NCBI RefSeq assembly: GCF_900232105.1
Contig: NZ_LT934425.1
Coordinates: 3,090,001 to 3,122,000 of the forward strand
Length of the DNA stretch: 32,000 nucleotides
Direction of reading: 5' to 3'
Source: Candidatus Kuenenia stuttgartensis
GTDB taxonomy: Bacteria; Planctomycetota; Brocadiia; Brocadiales; Brocadiaceae
Shown: piece after piece, positions 8,092 through 16,998 of the stretch
How positions within the stretch are numbered: the first letter of the stretch is position 1
How the letters are laid out: every line of letters starts with the position of its first letter
Notes under the pieces: generated by a model
What the model was told of the DNA's origin: nothing
The model's input: the letters and a program-made list of their open reading frames with translations, nothing else
Databases searched by the model: none
Made by a program: the position numbers and the translations under genes

Positions 8092-9822
8092 ATGAATAAG
8101 ACTGAAATAATAAATAAACACCCTGAAGCATTTAATCTCATTTGTTATGAAGACCAGCATAAGAATTTCTCATGGGAGACGGTAAAGAAAGAACTAGGTG
8201 TCGGCGGTAACAAGGTAAATATTGCTTACGAGGCCATAGATAAACACGCCACAACATGGAGAAAAAACAAAGTTGCGCTGTATTGGGAAGGTTCTGATGG
8301 CACACACTTAAAGTATACCTTTCAGGAATTGAAAATCCTTTCCGATAAATGTGCCAATATGTTGCAATCATTAGGTGTAGGCAAAGGAGACCGCGTTTTT
8401 TTATTCTTGCCGCGTTTGCCGGAGCTTTTTATAAATATGATTGCAATTGCAAAACTCGGCGCCATTTCAGGCCCGATGTTTTCCGCATTTGGGCCTGATG
8501 CGGTGCGGGACAGGTTGCAGAACAGTGAGGCGAAAGTCCTTATCACTACACCTGAATTAAAAGAGCGTGTTGATGCCGTGCTATGGGAATTGCCTAAATT
8601 GGAACGGATTGTACTGGTGAGTGTTAAGGAAGATTATGAATTAGAAGAGGGAAATGTATGTTATAAAACATTGATGAAAGACGCACCTGAACGGTTTGAA
8701 ATGGAATGGATGGATATGGAAGATCCTTTGTATCTCTTATATACTTCCGGAACTACCGGAAAGCCGAAGGGCATAACACATGTGCATAACGACATGATTT
8801 CATACTATATTACCACAAAATGGTCGCTGGATCTTAGAGATGACGACATTTATTGGTGTACGGCAGACCCCGGGTGGGTGACGGGAACGGTATATGGCAT
8901 GTGGGGGCCATGGTTAAACGGCGTCTCAATGTATATATATGATGGCAGATTTGATGTAAATAAGTGGTATGAAGCCATACAATCATATAAGATTACGGTA
9001 TGGTATACCGCTCCCACCGCTTTACGCATGTTAATGAAATCCGGCGATTACCTTGTTGCTCAATATGATTTGGAAAGTTTGAGGTATATTTGCAGCGTGG
9101 GAGAACCCCTTAACCCTGAAGTCATCAAGTGGGGCATGAATGTATACAATCTTCCAATCCATGATACATGGTGGCAGACAGAGACAGGTTCCATCATGAT
9201 AGCTAATTATCCGTGCATACCGATAAAACCCGGTTCTATGGGAAAGCCGTTTCCTGGCATCAAGGCTGCAATTATTGATAGTGAGGGAAATGAACTCCCG
9301 GATGGACATCACGGTATTCTGGCATTAAAACCAGGCTGGCCCTCTATGTTGAGAAAAGTATGGGGAGACGAAGGCCGTTTTAATGAATATTTCAATATAA
9401 CGGGTTGGTATACCACCGGGGATACCGCATATAAAGACGAAGAAGGTTATTTCTGGTTTGTTGGAAGAGCCGATGACGTTATTAACACGTCAGGCCATAG
9501 GGTAGGGCCTTTTGAAGTGGAAAGTGCCCTGCTTGAACATCGGGCGGTTGCTGAAGCAGGGGTCATAGGCAAACCTGACCCTGAAAGGGGTGAGATCATC
9601 AAGGCATTTATCGCCCTTAAAGAGGGATTTAAACCTTCCAGTGAATTGGGGGAGGAGATTAAAAAATTCATAAAACATCATCTCGCGGCACACGCTTATC
9701 CCCGCGAAATAGAATTTTGTGAAAATCTGCCAAAAACCCGAAGCGGCAAAATTATGCGCAGACTTTTAAAGGCGAAAGACCTAGGACTGCCTACCGGAGA
9801 TATTTCTACACTTGAAGATTAA
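8092..9822 (+). CDS. acsA: AMP-forming acetyl-/acyl-CoA synthetase
   Basis: It has the AMP-binding motif YTSGTTGKPKG, then TGDTAYKDEEGYFWFVGRADDVI and a C-terminal PKTRSGKIMRR. The N-terminal NIAYEAIDKHA resembles Bacillus-type AcsA. The ATG at 8092 is preferred, because the listed start at 8053 lies inside repeat B. Confidence 0.8.
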   Translation: MNKTEIINKHPEAFNLICYEDQHKNFSWETVKKELGVGGNKVNIAYEAIDKHATTWRKNKVALYWEGSDGTHLKYTFQELKILSDKCANMLQSLGVGKGDRVFLFLPRLPELFINMIAIAKLGAISGPMFSAFGPDAVRDRLQNSEAKVLITTPELKERVDAVLWELPKLERIVLVSVKEDYELEEGNVCYKTLMKDAPERFEMEWMDMEDPLYLLYTSGTTGKPKGITHVHNDMISYYITTKWSLDLRDDDIYWCTADPGWVTGTVYGMWGPWLNGVSMYIYDGRFDVNKWYEAIQSYKITVWYTAPTALRMLMKSGDYLVAQYDLESLRYICSVGEPLNPEVIKWGMNVYNLPIHDTWWQTETGSIMIANYPCIPIKPGSMGKPFPGIKAAIIDSEGNELPDGHHGILALKPGWPSMLRKVWGDEGRFNEYFNITGWYTTGDTAYKDEEGYFWFVGRADDVINTSGHRVGPFEVESALLEHRAVAEAGVIGKPDPERGEIIKAFIALKEGFKPSSELGEEIKKFIKHHLAAHAYPREIEFCENLPKTRSGKIMRRLLKAKDLGLPTGDISTLED

Positions 9823-9892
9823 AAGAGACGCTTTGGAATTGTCGTCAAACAAATAGGGTTTTCGGTAACACGGTAGTTTTTTGAAAAAATAA

Positions 9893-9957
9893 GGGCGAAG
9901 CATTTGCCCGTTTGGGTCTGAACGCATTTCTGCAATTTATAGCAAATGCTTCGCCCC
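9893..9957. repeat. Palindromic dispersed repeat family A copy
   Basis: The sequence is gggcgaagcatttgcccgtttgggtctgaacgcatttctgcaatttatagcaaatgcttcgcccc. It is preceded by ggtaacacggtagttttttgaaaaaa. Confidence 0.8.
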
Positions 9958-9994
9958 TACTATTACATTTTTATTGAGAGGAGAAACTCAAATA

Positions 9995-10636
9995 ATGGAA
10001 AAAACACGTTTTAACAAGACTTTTTTTAATACGGTTGAACCCATAAAGATTAGAGATATGCTTGCGGTGGTGCTTGGCGCAATTGATAAAAACGAACCAT
10101 TTGTCTTTGACTATACAGACGTAATAAAGCTTGCCGGGCATTCATGCCCCGCTGTTTCCGGTGCTTATAAATTGACGCAATTAGCCTTAAAAACCTTATA
10201 CAAAAATGATATGCCCGAACGCGGACGCATTCTGGTTACATTCAAGGGCGGCGTGGACTACAAGGTAAACGGTCCGATATCACAGGTTGTTACTTTGATA
10301 ACAGGTGCTTCCGTAGAAACAGGTTTTAAAGGGCTGGGAGGAGGCAAATACAACAGGCACAACCTGCTTTCGTTTAATGAGGAAGAAGAGGCGGAACCAA
10401 ACGCGGTATGTACGGTGATATTTGAAAGAATGGACAACAATAAAAAAATAGAAATCAGCTACCGCAATCACATGCTTCCTATGAACCCTAAAATGGGTGA
10501 TTTAATGCCGCTGGCAGTGACGGGAAAGGGTACAGACGCCGAAATAAAGGAATTTGGCGAATTATGGCACGAGAGAATTAAAATCATATTATTGAATCCT
10601 CCAAAGGGAATGTTTGAAATAAAGGAATTAAATTAA
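9995..10636 (+). CDS. Conserved-looking hypothetical protein
   Basis: The 213-aa ORF starts at ATG 9995, preceded by GAGGAG. It contains AGHSCPAVSGAY and ITGASVETGFKGLGGG. The pattern is loosely reminiscent of FmdE-like proteins, but this is not established. Confidence 0.55.
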   Translation: MEKTRFNKTFFNTVEPIKIRDMLAVVLGAIDKNEPFVFDYTDVIKLAGHSCPAVSGAYKLTQLALKTLYKNDMPERGRILVTFKGGVDYKVNGPISQVVTLITGASVETGFKGLGGGKYNRHNLLSFNEEEEAEPNAVCTVIFERMDNNKKIEISYRNHMLPMNPKMGDLMPLAVTGKGTDAEIKEFGELWHERIKIILLNPPKGMFEIKELN

Positions 10637-10827
10637 ATGAGGCCTTGCCTTATCAGGCGCTTTAAAAGAGGGAAGAATTGCTTTTACGCAGGTTTTCCCC
10701 TCTATCCCTTTTGGAAAGAAAAATGCTTACACTGTTACGCAAAATCCCGCCAATCATAAAAAAAAGCGGTAGGCGTCTTTGCATAAATATCTCTATCCGC
10801 CGGACAGTTCACGGGTGAATATATAAC

Positions 10828-10855
10828 TTGACGAAGAAAGTTTAAAATGTATAAT
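10828..10855 (+). promoter_or_regulatory. Sigma70-like promoter candidate for the 11005 gene
   Basis: TTGACG (10828-10833), a 16-nt spacer, then TATAAT (10850-10855) with TG immediately upstream. It lies about 150 nt upstream of the ATG at 11005. Confidence 0.45.
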
Positions 10856-11004
10856 AAGTCACTATTTTAAAAGAATGAGCAATACTGTTGCTACGATATA
10901 CATGATGAAAGGGGGTGGAATACAGGGAAGGAGATAAATACTTTGTATACTCTATAGTAGTCTTATATGTTATATTTCAAAAAGATAGAAAAGGAGAATT
11001 AGTA

Positions 11005-11349
11005 ATGTTAAAGAAGGTATTGGTGGGAATGTTTGGCGCAGCGCTTATCGCAGGAATTGGTATGACAACAGCACAGGCTTACGACGTAAAACCGGCAAAA
11101 TTATGGGTAACTGCTATTGCTATTGGTACACCAATTGTGGGCGCTGAAATCAAAGTTGGTGATGAAGAATGCACTACGGGCAATAATGGCACCTGTGTAT
11201 TTGAATTGAGGCCTGGTACATATGCGATTTCCGTTCACGAGCATGGCGGACAAAGCGCACACAAAGAAGTTAGCCTGGAAGAAGGGAACATCCTATTTGT
11301 GTCATTGGATCTTGGCGCAAAAGCTCGTCATCCTTCAGGGAGCCACTAA
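11005..11349 (+). CDS. Small secreted protein with a PEGA/carboxypeptidase-regulatory-like beta-sandwich pattern
   Basis: ATG 11005 follows AAAGGAGAA. It has the signal peptide MLKKVLVGMFGAALIAGIGMTTAQA, then GAEIKVGDEECTTGNNGTCVFELRPGTYAISV. Confidence 0.65.
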   Translation: MLKKVLVGMFGAALIAGIGMTTAQAYDVKPAKLWVTAIAIGTPIVGAEIKVGDEECTTGNNGTCVFELRPGTYAISVHEHGGQSAHKEVSLEEGNILFVSLDLGAKARHPSGSH

Positions 11350-11384
11350 TCTAACGTTAAACAATTGCAGTGTGCTATTTTATA

Positions 11385-11420
11385 AAAGCAGTTATCACGT
11401 GTGTTGGTAACTGCTTTTTT
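11385..11420 (+). terminator. Rho-independent terminator
   Basis: The stem aaagcagtta (11385-11394) pairs with taactgcttt (11408-11417). A TTTTTT run follows at 11415-11420, 36 nt after the stop codon. Confidence 0.7.
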
Positions 11421-11763
11421 ATTTTACTAAAAGGCTATCCCCCGGCTGGTTCAGGGATTGCCGTCTGAACCAGCGCATTGTGTCAACGCTTCGTTGGCTG
11501 ATTATTACCAATAAATTCATTCTTTTCGCACGATATCATGTCCGCAATTTTTGCATGACAAGCCATTGAAAAATAATTCTAATTACTTATCTACAGAACA
11601 CTCCAATGTTTGCAAAATACTTTATGCCGTATACATAAACAACTTGAAGATGGCATTATAATTGCGCTAACGATACAAATGTAGTAAATAGAAATCATAA
11701 ACATTAAGTGATACCTTGTTAGCAAACGTCATTTTTGCAAATCATTTGCATTTGTGTTTTACC

Positions 11764-12162
11764 ATGAAAACCAGTAAAAACCGTAGCATATCATTAATAT
11801 TTTCAGAGAAGCATTGGGGAATCGACTCTTTCATTGATTCAATAACAGATCCCATTGTCATATTTGATGCAGAACTTAATATAAAAAAATTAAACAAGGC
11901 TGCCAGGCAATTTTTCCCGGGCAAACCTGTTGACAAGAAATGTTTTGCGACAAAGCATAAATTTGTATCCGCATGCAAAGATTGTCTGATCTGGCAAACC
12001 TTAAAAACAGGCCATTCAATATGCGGAGAAATGTTGAACTTTAAAACGGGCGACCCTATACTCTTAAAATCATACCCCGTGTACAATAGTCAAAAGAAAC
12101 TAACAGGCGTAGTGCTTATTGGGAGAAATAGCAGTGATGTTCCAATAAAGTGGATGAGATAA
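11764..12162 (+). CDS. Small stand-alone PAS-like domain protein
   Basis: IDSITDPIVIFDAELNIKKLNKAARQFF is a typical PAS N-terminal pattern. A CX11CX2C cluster follows. ATG 11764 is preferred over the listed start at 11716. Confidence 0.55.
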   Translation: MKTSKNRSISLIFSEKHWGIDSFIDSITDPIVIFDAELNIKKLNKAARQFFPGKPVDKKCFATKHKFVSACKDCLIWQTLKTGHSICGEMLNFKTGDPILLKSYPVYNSQKKLTGVVLIGRNSSDVPIKWMR

Positions 12163-12225
12163 AACATCGCGTTAGAAAATAATTTCCCGCCTGAAAAATT
12201 TATTCCGAAGGAATGAAAAGAGCGA

Positions 12226-12897
12226 ATGGTTATAACGTTGAAATGTATTAAAAAGAAAACCAGCTTAGTTTTACTTGTTTTTTTGATGCTGGGTGGTTGT
12301 TTCAGCACGCAAAAACCCCCAGTTACCATAGCCCCTTCAATCGACAAGAGGCTTTATGAAATACCACAGCAACCATTGACTATGGGTATTTATATCGACC
12401 CCGACCTGAGAAATCATGAACAGATTGAAAAAGTATCGAATCACATCATAGGTATTCAAGACTTTGTTTTTCCCGTAGGAAAACCTCTTGCTGAAAAAAT
12501 CAGAGAAACCTGCCAAATTATCTTTAGAGAAGTCATTTTTTTAAATAACCTTGATGATACGGCTTTACCGGAAGAAAAATCACTGGATGGGATTTTGGAG
12601 TTTCGCCTAAAAGATTCGGACATACGGCTGAAAATCGAGGAGGCGGTATTACATGCGGTAGGAGAACATAAGCTTTCTCTTTTCGTCACGCTCTATGACG
12701 CAAAATGGAACAAATTGTGGGAAGAGGAAGTTTTTGCAGAGGGGATAGGATTGGATGTCGTTACCTCACATATCGAATGGGAATGGTGGATTACCTCGGG
12801 TCCTAAATTTGGCCCCGCTGTTGATATGGCAATTGAAAAAATCACCTTTCATCTGGCGCAGAAACTTACGGTAGTAAAAAAAATCCTTAATAAATAA
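12226..12897 (+). CDS. Hypothetical lipoprotein
   Basis: The signal peptide carries the lipobox LVFLMLGGC. No recognisable catalytic motif was found. Confidence 0.6.
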   Translation: MVITLKCIKKKTSLVLLVFLMLGGCFSTQKPPVTIAPSIDKRLYEIPQQPLTMGIYIDPDLRNHEQIEKVSNHIIGIQDFVFPVGKPLAEKIRETCQIIFREVIFLNNLDDTALPEEKSLDGILEFRLKDSDIRLKIEEAVLHAVGEHKLSLFVTLYDAKWNKLWEEEVFAEGIGLDVVTSHIEWEWWITSGPKFGPAVDMAIEKITFHLAQKLTVVKKILNK

Positions 12898-12939
12898 AAA
12901 TGTTTTCCATGAGGGATATTTGGTATGCGGTGATAAACG

Positions 12940-13875
12940 CTATTGTATAATTTCAATCTTTGCTTCACTTCGGAGTCTTTTCAGTAATCCAAGTATTTCT
13001 TCATCCAACATTGTTGAACGTACATCATCTATAACATCTTCAAAGTTTACGGCAACCCCTTCTTTTTTGCCGGTAACTTTTATCAGATGATATCCATACT
13101 CCGACTTTACCGGTTCACTTACTTTCCCAATGCGTAGCGAAAATGCCGTGCTTAAGAACGGTTCATCATATGTACCGCCCCTCCTTTGAATAAAACCTAA
13201 ATCTCCGCCTTTCGAAGCAGAAGGGCAGTCAGAATATTCTCGGGCAAGTTCTTCAAAATCAGATCCTTTATCAAGTTCGGATTTCAAGGTATTGATCAAC
13301 TGCGCCACCTTTTCGACCATATCACCGGAATTAAATTTTTTCGTATCTATAAAAATATGACTTACCCTTACTGCCTCCCCATTAAAAAAATGCTTGTTTT
13401 TCTCAAAGAATCTTTTCAGGTTTTGGGAATCGAGCGAGCCTTTAAAATATTTCTCAAGGGCGAGGGAATGTTTTATTGTTTTCTCGAAATCATATAAATT
13501 CGAACCGATGGAAGCAAGCATATCCCTTAAAAAGGCGTCCGCTTCGCCTTCATTGTCGGCAATTTCTTTTTTTATCAGCAGCAGTTCCCTGCTCATTTCC
13601 ATTGGAGTGACAACAATCCCTTGTTTATCGATGAAGTCTTCCAGTAAAATATCAGTGATAAGTTGTTCGATTATCTCTTGCCGGATTGCATTGTACGTTT
13701 CAACATCGGCATCCTTAAACATGTTTAAACGCTTATCGACATCGTCTTTTTTAATCTTCTTGCCATTCACAACTACCGCAATATTCTCCCCCAGGAGAGG
13801 ATTCTCCGGGAAACAAATTATCGCGGGAAATAGCAAAAAAACGGCGCATAAATAAAAAACGGCTTTTTTACACAT
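12940..13875 (-). CDS. Parvulin-type peptidyl-prolyl cis-trans isomerase (SurA/PrsA-like), exported
   Basis: The rotamase motif is YSDCPSASKGGDLGFI...EPVKSEYGYHLIKV. The signal peptide is MCKKAVFYLCAVFLLFPAII. ATG 13875 follows GGAGGAG, and the listed N-terminal extension is rejected. Confidence 0.85.
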   Translation of the reverse strand: MCKKAVFYLCAVFLLFPAIICFPENPLLGENIAVVVNGKKIKKDDVDKRLNMFKDADVETYNAIRQEIIEQLITDILLEDFIDKQGIVVTPMEMSRELLLIKKEIADNEGEADAFLRDMLASIGSNLYDFEKTIKHSLALEKYFKGSLDSQNLKRFFEKNKHFFNGEAVRVSHIFIDTKKFNSGDMVEKVAQLINTLKSELDKGSDFEELAREYSDCPSASKGGDLGFIQRRGGTYDEPFLSTAFSLRIGKVSEPVKSEYGYHLIKVTGKKEGVAVNFEDVIDDVRSTMLDEEILGLLKRLRSEAKIEIIQ

Positions 13876-14147
13876 TGTTACTCCTCCCCGAAACAGAAAA
13901 TATCGTGAAAGTGCTTGTATTGCCTTTGTTAAGCAGGTATCAAAAAATAACCATACTAAACATTCTTTCAATTGTCAATTTTATAAAACACCACTATATT
14001 CAAATGGTGCACAGTTTGTGTTTTATCAAATTGACACATAGCAATCATTCCGCAAGGGTGGCACGGACAAACACAGGTTGCCTGAGCCACCGCCCTTATA
14101 AAACTCCGATTTTGTGAGCATTTTGAATATAGTTATCATTCCCTTGC

Positions 14148-14176
14148 TTGACTTAGCTGCGCATGAGGGTTACAAT
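14148..14176 (+). promoter_or_regulatory. Sigma70-like hexamer pair (function uncertain)
   Basis: TTGACT (14148-14153), a 17-nt spacer, then TACAAT (14171-14176). It sits upstream of a gene remnant only, so it may be vestigial. Confidence 0.3.
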
Positions 14177-14253
14177 TTTTACGTGAGAATGCAATCTTAA
14201 AAGTATTCATTTTTGACGGACGTATTGTTTTATGATTACAAGAAGAATGTTAA

Positions 14254-14545
14254 TCAAAACCGGTGTATTTGGCGCATGTTACCCGTTTTCCGCCGACATT
14301 CAGGATAAAAAACCTGCCGCACACCTCAGTAAAAACATTGGAAAATGCAAGGGAAATTGCATTTGATGCAGGGCCCTTTTTCCCTATGTAGGCAATGTTT
14401 CAGGTCACAACGGGGAAAAAATACCTATTGCCCTAATTGTAGGCATATTTTAGTCAGGCGGGCAGGATACAGAATATTAGAAAACCATATTGAAGATAAC
14501 AAATGCAAAGACTGCGAAACTGTAATGCCGGGCATATGGTCATAA
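14254..14545 (+). pseudogene. C-terminal remnant of a radical-SAM activating enzyme (AmmeMemoRadiSam/PflA-like), 5'-truncated and frameshifted
   Basis: Three frames together read ..AHVTRFPPTFRIKNLPHTSVKTLENAREIAFDAG / YVGNVSGHNGEK / NTYCPNCRHILVRRAGYRILENHIEDNKCKDCETVMPGIWS. This matches, from memory, the conserved C-terminus of that family. There are two frame shifts between 14380 and 14425, and no CxxxCxxC region upstream. Confidence 0.55.
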
Positions 14546-14686
14546 AGAAGCTATGTTTATTTAGCTTAGATTAGGTTGGGTTTGGCAACGACTTTATTCT
14601 GTTGCTGATGTTGATGTAGAGACGCATGCAATGCGTCTCTGCAAAATTATTGAAATTCCTAAACATTAGATTAGAAAGGAAAAATC

Positions 14687-15118
14687 GTGACACTTAAAAT
14701 AAAGCCTGTTCGCACGGAAAGAAATAGAACGAAGCGTGAGAGATTGAAAATGTGGGGGAAGATTGTCGCTGTTGCAATTATCGTCTTCTTGGGAATTGCA
14801 TCACGGCAAAGTAACGCTTCGGAAGAAATAGATGTAGAGAAGGACGTCTATCTGTTTCTTCACGGAAGAACAGATCTGCGGGAAAAAGTCATAAACTCAC
14901 TGGTCACCTACGGATTTTCAAGGGAGAAAATAACTATGGCTACATCAGAAAAGGTGGGCAATGTAGGCGATTATATGGCAATGCTTTGGAAACCACCGGA
15001 ACCGGATCACATAAAAATTCAAAAGATTACCCAAGTTGAAAAAACAGAACCGGAAAAAATCAAAGGACTCTGGCGAGGTGTTGCCAGAGAGGATATAGAC
15101 ACTATTCTGCTGGAATAG
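14687..15118 (+). CDS. Hypothetical exported/membrane-anchored protein
   Basis: GTG 14687 follows AAAGGA. An internal ATG at 14750 precedes the hydrophobic stretch WGKIVAVAIIVFLGIASRQSNA. The start is uncertain. Confidence 0.5.
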   Translation: MTLKIKPVRTERNRTKRERLKMWGKIVAVAIIVFLGIASRQSNASEEIDVEKDVYLFLHGRTDLREKVINSLVTYGFSREKITMATSEKVGNVGDYMAMLWKPPEPDHIKIQKITQVEKTEPEKIKGLWRGVAREDIDTILLE

Positions 15119-15252
15119 AATAATTGTAGTGGCAAGGCGTGCCTCATACGCATCAACCTAACTTTTACTGAAAAGCCAGCAGTTGAAGCAAAGCAGGAGT
15201 AAAGATATTAATTTTTCAGAATGGGGATTCACCTCCCTCATATACTAAGAAC

Positions 15253-16284
15253 TTATTGGGATTGTTGTAACACGGAACGGAATTCTCTGCACAGTGGATA
15301 CACCATTATTAATTTTACATTTTCGTAAAGTTTGGAATAGTCTCCCAATTTCCCCCTCCCCTTCGTTTCTCCTAAATAAATCCAATTTGCTGCCTTATAG
15401 CATGTACCCCTGAAACGTTTTTTTTCTACAAACGTCTCTAACATTACAGGCCGGTATTTGTAACGATCTTCCCAATCATTCGGCAGTTTTTTGGCGACTA
15501 AGCCCAATACCCTTGATGCAAGATTCCTTGACTTTATCCAGGGCAAAATCAAAAACCGGCAATTATTTACTATCAGATTGAGATTTTGTTCCCGAATCTG
15601 ACTACTCCATCCGATAAAGTCTTCTCTTGCCTGCACATTCCACGCTGATGCACCAAAACCTAATGCCCCAAGTACGCCGTAACGACTGTTTATCTGATAG
15701 CGAAGTTGGGCGCCTACCAATCTTTTATATCCTAAATAATGCCAACGATGAATCATTTCGTTCCATATACGGGATTCTACAGGGGTTTTTACTATATCCA
15801 GACTTATATCTCCAATCTCTCCGGCTGATAGGTTGAGCAATGGCTGGTTATCATTTAACATATTACTATGCTTGTACGGCTTGCCATCGCCATTCCCATT
15901 TCGATTCAAAGATGGCGGCAAGGAGAACCACCCATCTCTTTCCATCCGCAGCAGCGCTACACGGCAACTCATATCCTTTAGCTTGCCGTCTGCCTTTCTC
16001 CACTCAAAGCGCTCACATATCTTCACCGAAATAGCCGTCCGGCACAAACCCTTTATCTTGGCCGGCATCTCCTGTCATAGTGAAAAACCCTCTAAAAATC
16101 CAACCTGTCCACTTATTAATTCAAGGGTTGTTTTGCGCCGTCTCTTTTGTTTTAACAGTCCTTTGTGGGAACTCTTTAACAATTCTTCCATAAGCGCCGG
16201 AAGCATATTATTTGCAATTGCACGGCTCAGACGCCCTTTTCTTTGTAACCATTGAATCAGCTTTACCCCACTCACCCCCGACAC
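15253..16284 (-). pseudogene. DUF4338 (Druantia DruA-like) domain protein with an in-frame TGA
   Basis: WHYLGYKRLVGAQLRYQI..REDFIGW..IVNNCRFLILPW..DWEDRYKYRPVMLETFVEKKRFRGTCYKAANWIYLGETKGRG aligns with residues about 170-300 of the 26812 ORF. ORFs 16075..16284 and 15253..16068 share one frame and are separated only by TGA at 16075-16077. Similarity to the other copy seems to continue weakly upstream of that stop. Confidence 0.55.
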
Positions 16285-16290
16285 ATAGTA

Positions 16291-16876
16291 CTATGACAAT
16301 ACTATGCGCTTAGCGCATATATCCGCGTTACGATACATATTTCCTTCAATATCCCCTAATACCGAAAGATCAAAATATCCCAAATCCCTCAACAGCAAAT
16401 CCCTTTCCCCTATATGTTTCAATACCTTTGCTCCGTTTTTCTGATCAGGATAGGTGCCTTTCGTAATAGAAACTTCTTTCAATATATGATGTACCGCCTC
16501 ATATAATAAATCTATCTTTACGGATGATTTGCTCGCACTGCCTCCCGCACCTTTGAATTCTTCCGCCAAATGCTCATTGAGCGCTATTTGGGTACTATCC
16601 TGGAGGATACACATTCGAAAATTGCTCTAATACCGCAAAAGGTATCTTCTCTAATTTAGGACATACCTGTTCTTTGTATATTGCTTCAAACGTACGCTCT
16701 AAAAACGATACTGCTTTATCGCTATTTATCTTTTTACTCAATGCCTGCGGGGTTATATCTGACTCGGGAGACTTCTCGCGAAGAACATCCCTTAATCCTT
16801 CCAAAGAAATTATTCCGCTTCTTGAAATGCTAACCTTTACAACTACTGCCAAGTTAGGTTGATGCGTATGAGGCAT
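16291..16876 (-). pseudogene. IS4-family DDE transposase, N-terminal third only, frameshifted
   Basis: ILQDSTQIALNEHLAEEFKGAGGSASKSSVKIDLLYE..LLLRDLGYFDL is the first-D region of IS4-type transposases. There is a frameshift near 16600 (..LEQFSNV / ILQDST). The second D and the YREK region are absent. Confidence 0.65.
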
Positions 16877-16998
16877 GCCTTGCCGCTACAAATCATACAT
16901 CCTATAGGCAGATTTTTTTTTCAAAAAACTAAGGTGTTGCTAAAATTCAAAGTAAAAACGCTTATTCCCAGCATTTGCACACAGTGAAATAGGGCTAC

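Larger units (their letters stand above)
15124..16891 (-). mobile_element. IS4-family-derived element bounded by 40-bp inverted repeats, carrying a degraded transposase plus a DUF4338 gene
   Basis: Bases 15124-15164 (ttgtagtggcaaggcgtgcctcatacgcatcaacctaactt) match the reverse complement of 16851-16891, with 2 mismatches. The transposase start codon lies inside the right repeat. No target duplication was recognised. Confidence 0.65.

Noticed and set aside
11445-11474. Second hairpin gctggttcag-N10-ctgaaccagc downstream of the 11005 gene.
   Set aside because: There is no T-tract, and a canonical terminator already lies at 11385-11420. The function is undeterminable from sequence.
14618-14640. 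Perfect 10-bp hairpin agagacgcat-gca-atgcgtctct as a terminator for the upstream remnant.
   Set aside because: No U-run follows it, and it lies downstream of a pseudogene. It is more likely another REP-type palindrome, and with a single copy in the window no claim is made.
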